From a virus, in IMG/VR virus record IMGVR_UViG_3300042305_000730, positions 1 through 64,000 of that record: a stretch of DNA of 64,000 nt; one strand, 5' to 3'. Under the pieces are notes generated by a model. That model did no database searches, was not told where the DNA came from, and saw only the letters and a program-made list of their open reading frames with translations. Both the position numbers and the translations under genes were made by a program. Shown here piece by piece: positions 26,831-36,040 of this stretch (position 1 is its first letter; every line of letters begins with the position of its first letter).

Positions 26831-28420
26831 CTAAGATATTACTAGGCTTCCTGATGCAGTAAATGTACGAACAGTGTAAGACCCTGAAGTTGTTGCAGTA
26901 CCACCAGTAACTGTCCTATCAGAAAAACTTGCTGTTAAATAACGAACAATTACTACTCCTGAACCGCCGTTACCACCAGAAGCAGGGCCTACGTGAGCGC
27001 CACCACCGCCACCACCGCCAGTATTTGCTGTTCCAGCACCGCCTTCTGCTGGTGAGTTAAAACCGCCTTGCCCACCACCGCCAGCACCACCAGAACCTGG
27101 GGTTCTTGCTCCCGTATTGTTGTTCTGTGAGCCACCACCTCCACCGCCTCTTGTCACTGCCGTACCCGTTATGGACGAAGACACTCCTGCACCGCCATTG
27201 CCACCATTGGATGTAGACCAGTCCAACCCAACTGCTCCTGCGCCACCTCCACCACCTCCGCCAAGTGCCACGCCACCAGTGTGTCCACCACGACCACCCG
27301 CATATCCTTGGTTCGCTGTTCCTGCACCAGCGGTGTTTGGTTCAACACCTCCGCCACCACCTCCACCGCCACCACCGCCAGAGCCACCAGTTGAACCTGC
27401 GAATGATGCTTGTGTCCCTGCTTTGCCGCCACCAATAGATGTCACGGTTGCAAATACTGAATCTGCGCCATTTGTGTATGCCGAAGAACCTACACGTCCA
27501 ATTCCTCCAGCACCAACAGTCACCGTGTAAGTACCCAAAGCAAGAGTCATTGCTGCTTCAGCAGAAGCACCACCACCACTTGTAGCACCTGTTACGTTTG
27601 TTCGGTAGCCTCCTGCACCTCCGCCACCACCGCCAGCACTGTCAGCGCCACCACCTCCGCCACCGCCGCCAGCAATTACAAGGTATTCAACAGAAAGGCT
27701 TGCTGTAGTAAACGAAACAGCAGAAGACTCCGACGACCCAGCACCCAAAGCATTCACTGCTTTAAGTTTTACATTGTAAGCAGTACCAACAGCAAGTCCA
27801 GTAATGGTGATTGGGCTTGAAGCATCGGCGGGAGAAAGTGCCGTGTACTCACCGTATGTTGTACCACCGTTAGTGGATAGCGCATATTGGTAGTTTGTAA
27901 TTGCTGAACCACCATCAGCGCCAGCGGAGAACGTAAGTGTGACTGAACTAGAGGTAGGGGAGCCTGACACCGCTACAGAAGCAGGCGCACCTGTCGGCAC
28001 CGTGGTAATTGCAACAACCCAAGTACTACCGTCCCAACGCTGTAATTGACTTGTATCAGTTAGAAAAATGAATTGACCATTGAAAGGGGACGGGATAACA
28101 GCAGAGCGGTTAGCCGTAGTAGTTACTGTAATGCCCGATAAACCTGAAGCAAGTTTGTCTTGAGTAACGGCACCAGAATTAATCTTGGCAGTTGTTACAG
28201 CATCAGACGCAATTTTTGCTGCCGTGATATTGGCATCCAAAATCTTTGCTGTAGTTACAGCACTAGCGGCTATTTTGTCGGTAGTTACAGCGCCCGTTTC
28301 AATGGATGCCTCGGCTTGAGAAATAACCACAACCCATGCTGTGCCATTGTATTTCCACGTAGTAGTACCTACGGTGAATTCATCGTTAAGGGATGGAGAG
28401 TTAGGGAAATCTATAGCCAT
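26831..28420 (-). CDS. Fibre/adhesin paralogue: IDFP module, repeats, FN3 and glycine-rich domain
   Basis: 529 aa. FN3 segment near-identical to 25357..26829. Confidence 0.75.
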   Translation of the reverse strand: MAIDFPNSPSLNDEFTVGTTTWKYNGTAWVVVISQAEASIETGAVTTDKIAASAVTTAKILDANITAAKIASDAVTTAKINSGAVTQDKLASGLSGITVTTTANRSAVIPSPFNGQFIFLTDTSQLQRWDGSTWVVAITTVPTGAPASVAVSGSPTSSSVTLTFSAGADGGSAITNYQYALSTNGGTTYGEYTALSPADASSPITITGLAVGTAYNVKLKAVNALGAGSSESSAVSFTTASLSVEYLVIAGGGGGGGGADSAGGGGGGAGGYRTNVTGATSGGGASAEAAMTLALGTYTVTVGAGGIGRVGSSAYTNGADSVFATVTSIGGGKAGTQASFAGSTGGSGGGGGGGGGGGVEPNTAGAGTANQGYAGGRGGHTGGVALGGGGGGGAGAVGLDWSTSNGGNGGAGVSSSITGTAVTRGGGGGGSQNNNTGARTPGSGGAGGGGQGGFNSPAEGGAGTANTGGGGGGGAHVGPASGGNGGSGVVIVRYLTASFSDRTVTGGTATTSGSYTVRTFTASGSLVIS

Positions 28421-29616
28421 TATGCAATCACCAAACTTCCCGATGCTGTGAATGTTCTAACGGTGTATAAACCTGAAGTTGTGGCAGTACCACCAGTGAT
28501 GGTTTTGCCTGAGGCACTTGCCGTGAGGTAGCGAACAATGACAACACCAGAACCACCAGCGCCGCCAATTCCAGTATCAAAATTGTAGGCTCCACCACCG
28601 CCACCTCCAGTATTTGCTGTACCAGAAGTTCCATTACCTGCCGCACCACCAGCGTTAGTGCCACCAGCACCACCGCCACCGTTACCTCCTGCACCCGCTA
28701 GAGAGTTGCCTGCGGTATCTCTGCTATCTGCACCGCCTCCACCACCTGCATAGAAGGTTGCCGTTCCAGTGATAGACGAAGAAACACCTGCACCACCGTT
28801 AACTGGTACTGCACTTGAAGTGCCATTTGTTCCAACGGCTCCCGCACCACCACCACCACCATTGCTTCGTGGACTGACTTGTCCGCTTCCTCCACGAAAT
28901 CCCTGTCCAGTTGTTCCAGCACCAAAACTAGTTGAAGGGTAGGACGAGCCTCCTCCAGAACCGCCTGCCTGACCCGCTCCTCCTGATGTTTCGCTACCAC
29001 CACCACCACCACCTGTAGAAGTAATAGCATTGAAGGAGGAAGCAACCCCATTAGAGCCTGGCGAAGTATCAACAGTTGCTCCTGCGCCACCAGCACCAAC
29101 TGTTACCGTGTATGTTCCTGCAACCAAAACCATTGATGCTTCTGCACTCGCCCCTCCACCAGATGTTGCACCAGAAACGTTTGTTCTAAAGCCTCCAGCG
29201 CCACCTCCACCAGCACGGTCAGAACCCCCTCCTCCGCCGCCTGCAACAACCAGGTATTCAGCATAAAATGTTTTCGTATGCTGTGTACCGTCAGACCAAC
29301 CATCTGACAAATACACCTTCATCAAATTCGTATCTGTTTCAAAAACTGTTTGCCCAACAAAAGGAGAACCTGGTCTCGTACTGGAAGTACACACTGTTAC
29401 CACTGGAACTGTAGAAGCAAGTTTGGCTGAAGTTATTGTACTGTCAGCAATTTTGGCTGCCGTAACAGCACTAGACGCTAATTCGGTTGTACCAATAGAA
29501 CCAGCCGCAGCAACTGTTCCAGTAATTTCCCAAATCGTTCCTGACCATGTCCAAGTACGTGCACCTACCGTGTAGGTATCACCAACGCTTGGAGAGGCGG
29601 GAAAAGTAAGGGACAT
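28420..29616 (-). CDS. Fibre/adhesin paralogue with glycine-rich domain
   Basis: 398 aa. LTFPASP N-terminus, shared C-terminus GGSGVVIVRYLTA...TVRTFTASGSLVIA. Confidence 0.75.
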   Translation of the reverse strand: MSLTFPASPSVGDTYTVGARTWTWSGTIWEITGTVAAAGSIGTTELASSAVTAAKIADSTITSAKLASTVPVVTVCTSSTRPGSPFVGQTVFETDTNLMKVYLSDGWSDGTQHTKTFYAEYLVVAGGGGGGSDRAGGGGAGGFRTNVSGATSGGGASAEASMVLVAGTYTVTVGAGGAGATVDTSPGSNGVASSFNAITSTGGGGGGSETSGGAGQAGGSGGGSSYPSTSFGAGTTGQGFRGGSGQVSPRSNGGGGGAGAVGTNGTSSAVPVNGGAGVSSSITGTATFYAGGGGGADSRDTAGNSLAGAGGNGGGGAGGTNAGGAAGNGTSGTANTGGGGGGAYNFDTGIGGAGGSGVVIVRYLTASASGKTITGGTATTSGLYTVRTFTASGSLVIA

Positions 29617-29619
29617 CTA

Positions 29620-29988
29620 TTATTCCGAAGGAATAACGATTTCCACCCACTCTTGCTCTTCTTCGTCCCAACTGTACATACCCTCTTCTGGGCGAGCAAC
29701 TGGTGCTTCCCATTCAGTGGTGTCTTCATTAAGCGTCCAAGAAGGGAAAGGTTTGGGGGCGATGTATGCGTCTAGGGCAGAGTTATAGGTGTAGCCGATA
29801 CCTGCATAGCGAGCACGCATGTTGCCGTTGTACGAGGTCTGCTTCCACGTTCCACCCAACAGATTACGACAGAACTCAGCGCCTACGGCCTCTGATTCGT
29901 CGCCCTCTGCGTCTTTGCAATCATCGTTAGATACTACGATTACTCGCAATACAATGTTGTCTTCGCCAATTTCAGCAAAATGTGCCAT
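29620..29988 (-). CDS. Fibre assembly chaperone-like protein
   Basis: MAHFAEI..NIVLRVIVV...WKQTSYN...YAGIGYTY...PKPFPSW.L...WEAPV, typical of small genes next to Gly-rich adhesins. Confidence 0.6.
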   Translation of the reverse strand: MAHFAEIGEDNIVLRVIVVSNDDCKDAEGDESEAVGAEFCRNLLGGTWKQTSYNGNMRARYAGIGYTYNSALDAYIAPKPFPSWTLNEDTTEWEAPVARPEEGMYSWDEEEQEWVEIVIPSE

Positions 29989-29999
29989 GTTAATTTCTC

Positions 30000-30869
30000 C
30001 TAGAAGGTTATGCTGCCAGATGCAGTAAAAGTATATATCCTGTAGCCACCTGTTGTTGCTACGGTTGGGGAACCAGTAGTTGATACTGCTAAATCAAATG
30101 CGTTTGAGTAGCGAATGACGACTATGCCTGAACCACCGCTACCACCTACACCGTTGGCATAGTACCAGCCACCACCACCTCCACCGCCAGTACTGGCTGT
30201 GCCAGAGGTAGCAGTTCCTCCAGAACCAGCGCCTCCACCCCCCAATCCACCGCTACCACCACCACCACCATCAGTTGTTCCTCCGCCGCCACCAGCATAA
30301 TAAACAGATGTGCCTGTTATTGACGATTGTACACCCACACCACCGTTTGATCCTGAACCTGCTGCGCCAGCACCGCCTCCACCACCTCCACCTTGAGACA
30401 CACCTGATGCACCATCATAACCTTGCCTTGGTGGTCCTGCAGTACCAGACCCAGCAGCACCGCTTCCAGTACCAGCGTAAGAAGCGCTACCGCCACCTGA
30501 ACCGCCTGAACCTGCATTTGTTCCTGGATTTGATGTTGCACCTCTACCACCACCAATAGATGTCTGACTAAATGCAGAACTATTTTGACCGTTTGAACCA
30601 GCGGCAGTAGGACCAGCACCTGATCCGCCAGCGCCAATCGTTATTGTATAGGTAGTTGCAGCAGTAATTGCCGTATTACCAGTAAGCAACCCACCACCAC
30701 CACCACCACCAGCAGTTCCTCCAGAACCACCTCCACCACCTGCAACAATCAGATATTCAATAGATGATGGATTGTTTGGCATTAATACTTGTTGAAGGGT
30801 GGTTAAGTTTAACATCCCACTTTTAGTGGTTCGCTTCGGTCCAATAGAACCACCAGGTCCTCTAGCCAT
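30000..30869 (-). CDS. Glycine-rich fibre/adhesin protein
   Basis: IEYLIVAGGGGG...GGSGIVVIRY...TTGSPT...RIYTFTASGSITF. Confidence 0.7.
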   Translation of the reverse strand: MARGPGGSIGPKRTTKSGMLNLTTLQQVLMPNNPSSIEYLIVAGGGGGSGGTAGGGGGGGLLTGNTAITAATTYTITIGAGGSGAGPTAAGSNGQNSSAFSQTSIGGGRGATSNPGTNAGSGGSGGGSASYAGTGSGAAGSGTAGPPRQGYDGASGVSQGGGGGGGAGAAGSGSNGGVGVQSSITGTSVYYAGGGGGTTDGGGGGSGGLGGGGAGSGGTATSGTASTGGGGGGGWYYANGVGGSGGSGIVVIRYSNAFDLAVSTTGSPTVATTGGYRIYTFTASGSITF

Positions 30870-31228
30870 TAACTAATCTCCTCATAACTACATACTGCTT
30901 CAAGATCAGAGTTAGCAGAAGCAGTGAGGCGCAAATCATCGCCTTCTTCTAGATAAATAGATTTACTAATGACATCTAGTGTCGCATCTGGTGGGACAGA
31001 AACAGTGTGGGCAATTTCATAAGAAATAGAAGCGGAAGAACGATACAAACCAACTGAAATGTCTGCGGCATTCGTACCGTCAACGTTTGCTATGTACAAG
31101 GCATTGACCTTAAGCACCTTGCCGCTTGATGCCGCATTTGTGACAATAGCAGTAGCCGATGTTGTTACTAGTTGTACAGCCGTCTTACCTAAGATGGTTG
31201 TTACGTTGACGATATTTGGTGCTGCCAT
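30869..31228 (-). CDS. Small virion structural protein
   Basis: MAAPNIVNVTTILGKT...ANVDGTNAAD...IYLEEGD...SYEEIS. Confidence 0.6.
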   Translation of the reverse strand: MAAPNIVNVTTILGKTAVQLVTTSATAIVTNAASSGKVLKVNALYIANVDGTNAADISVGLYRSSASISYEIAHTVSVPPDATLDVISKSIYLEEGDDLRLTASANSDLEAVCSYEEIS

Positions 31229-31229
31229 T

Positions 31230-32480
31230 TTAGCCTCCGAAAACTATTGACATTGCGATTGCTTTACCTGTTGAAACTGGGGTAGCCCATTTTAGACCAG
31301 TTGCTGTAGAAGAATCTACTGTAAGAACTTGACCAGCAGAACCAGCCGTGAGACCGCCAATAGTGTTATCGGCAGTTCCGACAAGAAGGTCACCTTTAGC
31401 ATTAATGGTGTTTACGAGAGCGCTAAATGGAGAAGCGCCAACTTCAATCCAATTTGTTCCGTAATAAACATAGGTACCACCCGTAAGTGAGTTAAACCAG
31501 ATTTGCCCAGAAACAGGTGATGCTGGGGCGGAATCTTGCACACTGGCGGTTACACCTGATGCACCAATTTCAATCCACGAAGAATCGTAATAAACAAAGG
31601 TTTGTGCGGTATCGGTATCAAACCACATACTTCCTTCAAGTGGAGATGCAGGGGCGGAAGAACTAGACACCATTCGTGCGCCCGTACCTACACCACCAAC
31701 CTCAATCCATTGAGAGTCGTAGTAAACAAATGTCTTGCCAACCGTAGAGTCAAACCAAAGTTGACCAGCCAATGGTGCTGCGGGGGCTGTATCAGAGATA
31801 GTTGCGCCACCAATAATTGTTTCAGGAACCCAAGCCGTACCATTCCACTTCAAGAATTGCCCAGCGGATGCCACAGAAGCAGAAACGTCACCAATGTCAT
31901 CCAAGGTATTAATAGTTGGGATGGTTCCGTTCACCCAACGAGTTCCATCAAACTTTAGGAATTGACCGCTAACAGGGACGGTAAACAGAACATCAGAAAG
32001 GTCAGTAAGGTCTTCTACGAGGTCTGGTTCGCCACTTGCTTGTAGCCAATGGCTATCGTAATAAATGTAAGTTTCTAGTGTTGTTGAGTTAAACCAAAGG
32101 TCTCCTTCTGATGGAGAAGCGGGTGCGGTAGCAGAAACTTCTAGGCTTGCACCACCACCACCAAAGGATGCTGAGGCGGAAACAAACTTAGTACCATCAA
32201 ACTTAAGAACTTGGTCAGTAGTCGCACCTGTTGGGTCAATCTCAATGTTGTCTACAAATAGAGTTGGTGTTTTAAAAGTGTCATCGGTGCGAAGAACATC
32301 AGCACCATCACGGTAAAGGTTTACATCTCCATTACCAGAACCAGGGCCCCAAGTAAGGCGACCGCCTGCTTCAATCTTTAAGCGAGCATATGTGTCAGCG
32401 TCAACAAATACGGTTATAGCCTCAGAACCAGCAGATGTTAACTGCTTGACAGTAATAGGTACTGTAAATTTCTGTGCCAC
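31230..32480 (-). CDS. Tail fibre-like protein with repeated SP..G.LWF...YVYYD..W modules
   Basis: Four such modules, GQFLK(F/W)(D/N)GT.W repeats, AKGDLLVGTA. Confidence 0.7.
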   Translation of the reverse strand: MAQKFTVPITVKQLTSAGSEAITVFVDADTYARLKIEAGGRLTWGPGSGNGDVNLYRDGADVLRTDDTFKTPTLFVDNIEIDPTGATTDQVLKFDGTKFVSASASFGGGGASLEVSATAPASPSEGDLWFNSTTLETYIYYDSHWLQASGEPDLVEDLTDLSDVLFTVPVSGQFLKFDGTRWVNGTIPTINTLDDIGDVSASVASAGQFLKWNGTAWVPETIIGGATISDTAPAAPLAGQLWFDSTVGKTFVYYDSQWIEVGGVGTGARMVSSSSAPASPLEGSMWFDTDTAQTFVYYDSSWIEIGASGVTASVQDSAPASPVSGQIWFNSLTGGTYVYYGTNWIEVGASPFSALVNTINAKGDLLVGTADNTIGGLTAGSAGQVLTVDSSTATGLKWATPVSTGKAIAMSIVFGG

Positions 32481-32527
32481 GACCTCAATCGCTTCCTATG
32501 TTGTGACCCCGCAAGGTCTATTTGCTA

Positions 32528-33823
32528 TTAACCTACTACAACGATGGTGTAATCGTTAGCCGAAATCGTACCGTACAGAACAACTGACAGGGTGTCTGCG
32601 TTAGAACGGGTCACATCTCCAATTACCGTAGCACCAGTTGATACTTCATAAATCTGCACGTTTACATCGGTTGTATTAAAGTTGTGGGTAACAGTGGTAG
32701 TTGAAACACCTGTACTGCTTGCGGCACAACCCTGTTTAGCAATACGGGCAAGTGCTGAGGTAGTTGTTGTAACTGCACCAGCGCTGGTTTTAATACCAAG
32801 GTTTGTACGAGCAGTTGCTGCATCACTTGCACCAGTACCACCGTCTGCAACAGCAACGTCTGTACCATTCCAAACACCTGTGGTAATTGTCCCGAGGGTT
32901 GTAATTGAAGACTGACCAACATAGTTTGCAGAAATGTCTACAGAATCAGCATTAACTGTAATACGGTTTGTTGTACCAACCACATCAAGCGTATTTCCGC
33001 TCTTTGTGAGACCATCGCCAGCAATGACTTGACCAGCACCTGAGAACTGAACAAAGGTTAACCCTGTTGTTCCAAGAGTAATCGTGTCGTTTGTTGTAAG
33101 AACAAAACCGTTGTCTCCGTTTACTGTACCTTCAGCAACGAAGGTAAACATTCCTGTCGTAACTTTTGCTGATGTATTGGCATCAGTTGCGCGAGAGGCG
33201 GCACCAGAAGCAACCGCTACATAAATACCGTTTTCAGATGCTGTGCTCTGGTCTTTGAGGAGAACACGATCACCAGCAACAAGTGTGACTCCGTCAATTA
33301 CGTCGCCTGCTTCAAGAGCCGAAGCGATTGCCACTGGAGCAACGGAAGCGACTCTTACTGAATCTTTGACATCAAGACCTTGACGAGCGGCATCAACATA
33401 ACCCTTGGTGGCAATGTGTGCGGCATCTGTTGGGTCGGCAACTTTTGCGTTACCAGAGGCATCTCGCTTGACAAGTTTGCTTGCAGTTGCATCTGAGGTT
33501 GCATCTGTGAGCATCTGCCACATTGCGGCTGGTAATAGACCCGCACTATCAGTATCAGCAACAGCAAGAGTAAGGGTAACTGTGCCGTTTGATTCAGATA
33601 CGGTAAGGGCTTCAGCAATACCTGCACCACCACCTGAAACAATGGTGTGTGGTAGCGAGCGCCAAGCACTGTTTGCATAAACCTTAATTGTGTCAGTCGT
33701 GGACTGGTAAATTAAGCGGCCTTCAAAGTTACCACTTGATGGGTCTGCGCCCACAACCTCAAAGGTAGCGTTAATCAGTTGATTCTGATTAAGGTCAATA
33801 TTAGTTAGAAACTTCTGAGCCAT
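32528..33823 (-). CDS. Tail fibre/structural protein
   Basis: ATKGYVD..RQGLDVKDSVRVA...GDRVLLKDQ..ENGIYV motifs typical of phage tail-fibre proteins. Confidence 0.7.
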   Translation of the reverse strand: MAQKFLTNIDLNQNQLINATFEVVGADPSSGNFEGRLIYQSTTDTIKVYANSAWRSLPHTIVSGGGAGIAEALTVSESNGTVTLTLAVADTDSAGLLPAAMWQMLTDATSDATASKLVKRDASGNAKVADPTDAAHIATKGYVDAARQGLDVKDSVRVASVAPVAIASALEAGDVIDGVTLVAGDRVLLKDQSTASENGIYVAVASGAASRATDANTSAKVTTGMFTFVAEGTVNGDNGFVLTTNDTITLGTTGLTFVQFSGAGQVIAGDGLTKSGNTLDVVGTTNRITVNADSVDISANYVGQSSITTLGTITTGVWNGTDVAVADGGTGASDAATARTNLGIKTSAGAVTTTTSALARIAKQGCAASSTGVSTTTVTHNFNTTDVNVQIYEVSTGATVIGDVTRSNADTLSVVLYGTISANDYTIVVVG

Positions 33824-33832
33824 TAAGTGTCC

Positions 33833-34291
33833 TTACGTGAGGTAGGCGTATCCTGAGAACGCTGATGTAAAGTTTACTACAACTTGTGTGGTGCTTACAT
33901 AGGTGACTTCTCCGATAACGACTGTTTTGGCGCTATCCACGATAGATACTGATGGGTATCCACCCAAAGCATGATTAATTGTCCATGTTGTAGAGGTTGT
34001 TCCTTGAGTATGTATATGCCGAACGGAGGCTGGGTAAACAAGGTTTAATACTTGGTTAGGCGCAATCCCTGTAATGCTGGCACTTGCGTCAGTGGCAACA
34101 GTAACCGTCCCAATAGATAGAGCGTTTGGAGGGCCAGCAACGCCTGGATCGCTAACAATCAAATCTACAGTGGAAATTTCCCCAGTGACTAGAGACTCTA
34201 CTGCCGCAGAATCTTGAAGAACTACTGTACTTTTTGGAGATGTAATGACAACACTGGTGTCATCATCCAGAGTTAAGACATAATCAGGCAT
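33833..34291 (-). CDS. Structural protein
   Basis: C-terminal HTQ....W.I.H.L...PSV...FSGYAYLT module. Confidence 0.6.
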   Translation of the reverse strand: MPDYVLTLDDDTSVVITSPKSTVVLQDSAAVESLVTGEISTVDLIVSDPGVAGPPNALSIGTVTVATDASASITGIAPNQVLNLVYPASVRHIHTQGTTSTTWTINHALGGYPSVSIVDSAKTVVIGEVTYVSTTQVVVNFTSAFSGYAYLT

Positions 34292-34994
34292 ACGGGTTCG
34301 TGGAGATGGATGCGTCTACTGAAATGGTTCCAGCGGCTAGTCGTTCCCAGTCTCCTGCCGAATCTTGGACAAATAGATCAAAGGTATGAACTCCCGCTGG
34401 AATACTGTTTTTATCAGAAATATGCATTTCTAGAGTTACTCCTGCTTTTGGAGCCAAGTAACCCCTTCTATTTGCCGTAAGTGCAACAATTGTATTTTCT
34501 GCTGGAATGGATGAATACCAACGTAGATCTAGTACCGTAGTGCCAGCAGTATCCTTTGCTTGCAAGTAGGCATTAGTGACAGCCTGTAACGTGCCAGTGC
34601 TGTCTTTCCATGTAAAAGTTTTGCGGAAATCCTCATATTGTTTCATACGAAGTTCCATATATTGAGCCTCATCTCTATCAGTAACGGTGTCGCCTGTATT
34701 GACAGTAATGACCCCTTTAGTTACTTGATAGTAAACATCGTCATAAACTGCTAAGACATCATACTCTAAGTTACCAATTGGCAACTCTAGTGTTTCTGCA
34801 GCGGTTAGGTAAAGACGAACATCCCCTGATCCGTTAACCGTTGCCGTGATGTTTTTCTTAGACTGGGTAGTTGTTTGTATCTGGGCTTTAACAGCACTAG
34901 GTACCATTTTCCTTCGCCTAGTTTTGCTCTTAATACAAATTATACGATCAAACGGCAAACCACGGGAGGCAGTGTAATTAACGGTTCGGGCCAT
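34284..34994 (-). CDS. Structural protein with two similar beta domains (baseplate/fibre-anchor-like)
   Basis: L.A.ET..L..G...YDV and I.AG...FDL...G.I.V repeats. TAAACT 6 nt before the ATG. Confidence 0.5.
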   Translation of the reverse strand: MARTVNYTASRGLPFDRIICIKSKTRRRKMVPSAVKAQIQTTTQSKKNITATVNGSGDVRLYLTAAETLELPIGNLEYDVLAVYDDVYYQVTKGVITVNTGDTVTDRDEAQYMELRMKQYEDFRKTFTWKDSTGTLQAVTNAYLQAKDTAGTTVLDLRWYSSIPAENTIVALTANRRGYLAPKAGVTLEMHISDKNSIPAGVHTFDLFVQDSAGDWERLAAGTISVDASISTNPYA

Positions 34995-35014
34995 TGCAAC
35001 AGTTTACTACAAGG

Positions 35015-35314
35015 CTACTGACCTTTTTTCTTCCTTGGAAAGTCATGCCCGACCTCTAGCATCTTCTTGCGAACAAAACTTTCCATGTTTTTAACGGCAC
35101 GGTGGTCTGAAGGGGTGCTTGCCATGTGCACAATTCCATCATCCTTGATACGCAGTTGAATGTGCCCGCTGTGTGTTTTATGGCCCATCACTGGAGTGCT
35201 TGCTTGGCTTATACGGGAAAGCACCTCACGAAAAGGCTTATGGGTAGTTAGGGAGCGAATACGATCTTCACTGAGTGCATGTTGCTCCCAATTAAGGTTA
35301 TTCTCACCAGCCAT
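35015..35314 (-). CDS. HicA-like mRNase with N-terminal tag extension
   Basis: SGHIQLR..DG.V.MASTPSDHRAVKN is the actinophage HicA-like pattern. N-terminus MAGENNLNWEQH. Confidence 0.65.
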   Translation of the reverse strand: MAGENNLNWEQHALSEDRIRSLTTHKPFREVLSRISQASTPVMGHKTHSGHIQLRIKDDGIVHMASTPSDHRAVKNMESFVRKKMLEVGHDFPRKKKGQ

Positions 35315-35326
35315 CCTTAAAGATTA

Positions 35327-35566
35327 CTACATGCGGTGTAACAGGGTACGTTTCATCCGTGCATAGGCTTGCTCATACTCTTCTGTCTGCTCATCGGTGA
35401 ATACACGAACTGCGTAGATACATGGGTCTCCACCCTGATCTAACTCCTCTTCTTCCTTATCGGAAGTGGGCAACCCATCGTGGATGTAGCAGGTTGGGTA
35501 AAGGCACCATTTATGATCAATCCCAATTGCTAACCATTCATCAAAACCCATAAGTTGTTCTGACAC
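35327..35566 (-). CDS. Hypothetical protein
   Basis: FDEWL..G....WC....C..HDG.P....E......DPC...VR. AGGGAG RBS. Confidence 0.6.
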   Translation of the reverse strand: MSEQLMGFDEWLAIGIDHKWCLYPTCYIHDGLPTSDKEEEELDQGGDPCIYAVRVFTDEQTEEYEQAYARMKRTLLHRM

Positions 35567-35575
35567 ATTTTCTCC

Positions 35576-35734
35576 CTATTTTGAAACCGCTAATGTTACT
35601 TGATACTCCCCATATTCAGGTTGGTCAATAGCAGTTACCATCGCAGTCTTGAACCCTTGGGTGTGGGCTAGTGTAACAGCCTGTTCCTTTGCGTCAAGCA
35701 TCTGGGGCGTAAAAATATGATAAGTGATTATCAT
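35576..35734 (-). CDS. Small hypothetical protein (52 aa)
   Basis: Manual translation MIITYHIFTPQMLDAKEQAVTLAHTQGF...VTLAVSK. Confidence 0.5.
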   Translation of the reverse strand: MIITYHIFTPQMLDAKEQAVTLAHTQGFKTAMVTAIDQPEYGEYQVTLAVSK

Positions 35735-35749
35735 GCCATTGTCCTATCA

Positions 35750-35908
35750 TTAATAATCATATTTTGAAAACTTCTTTATTTTCTTCTTTTCTTTGCGATC
35801 ATTAGAGGATTTACGGTTTTCTTTATGAATGTGCAAATCTTTGTAATGTCCTTCTAAGTCATCTTCCTCTTGAAGAAACTGCTTACTTAAGTTATTATTT
35901 TGATTCAT
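35750..35908 (-). CDS. Small tagged protein, acidic then basic (52 aa)
   Basis: Manual translation MNQNNNLSKQFLQEEDDLEGHYKDLHIHKENRKSSNDRKEKKKIKKFSKYDY. Confidence 0.55.
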   Translation of the reverse strand: MNQNNNLSKQFLQEEDDLEGHYKDLHIHKENRKSSNDRKEKKKIKKFSKYDY

Positions 35909-36040
35909 ATTTATTAAGAAGCAAGACTGACAACCTTTGTTCTAGTCTTTTGTTTTCTTGTACAAGGATTTGCCTAAAGCGATCCTTACCGTACTGGCCT
36001 AATCCATGTTGTTTTTTCATAACTTTAAGCATAGTATAAG

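Noticed and set aside
22278-29266. Pro-rich plus-strand ORFs (22278, 25550, 27117, 29030) and Val-rich alternative-frame ORFs (e.g. 21910..22461)
   Set aside because: They are antisense or frame shadows of GGT/GGC-rich glycine codons in the adhesin genes.
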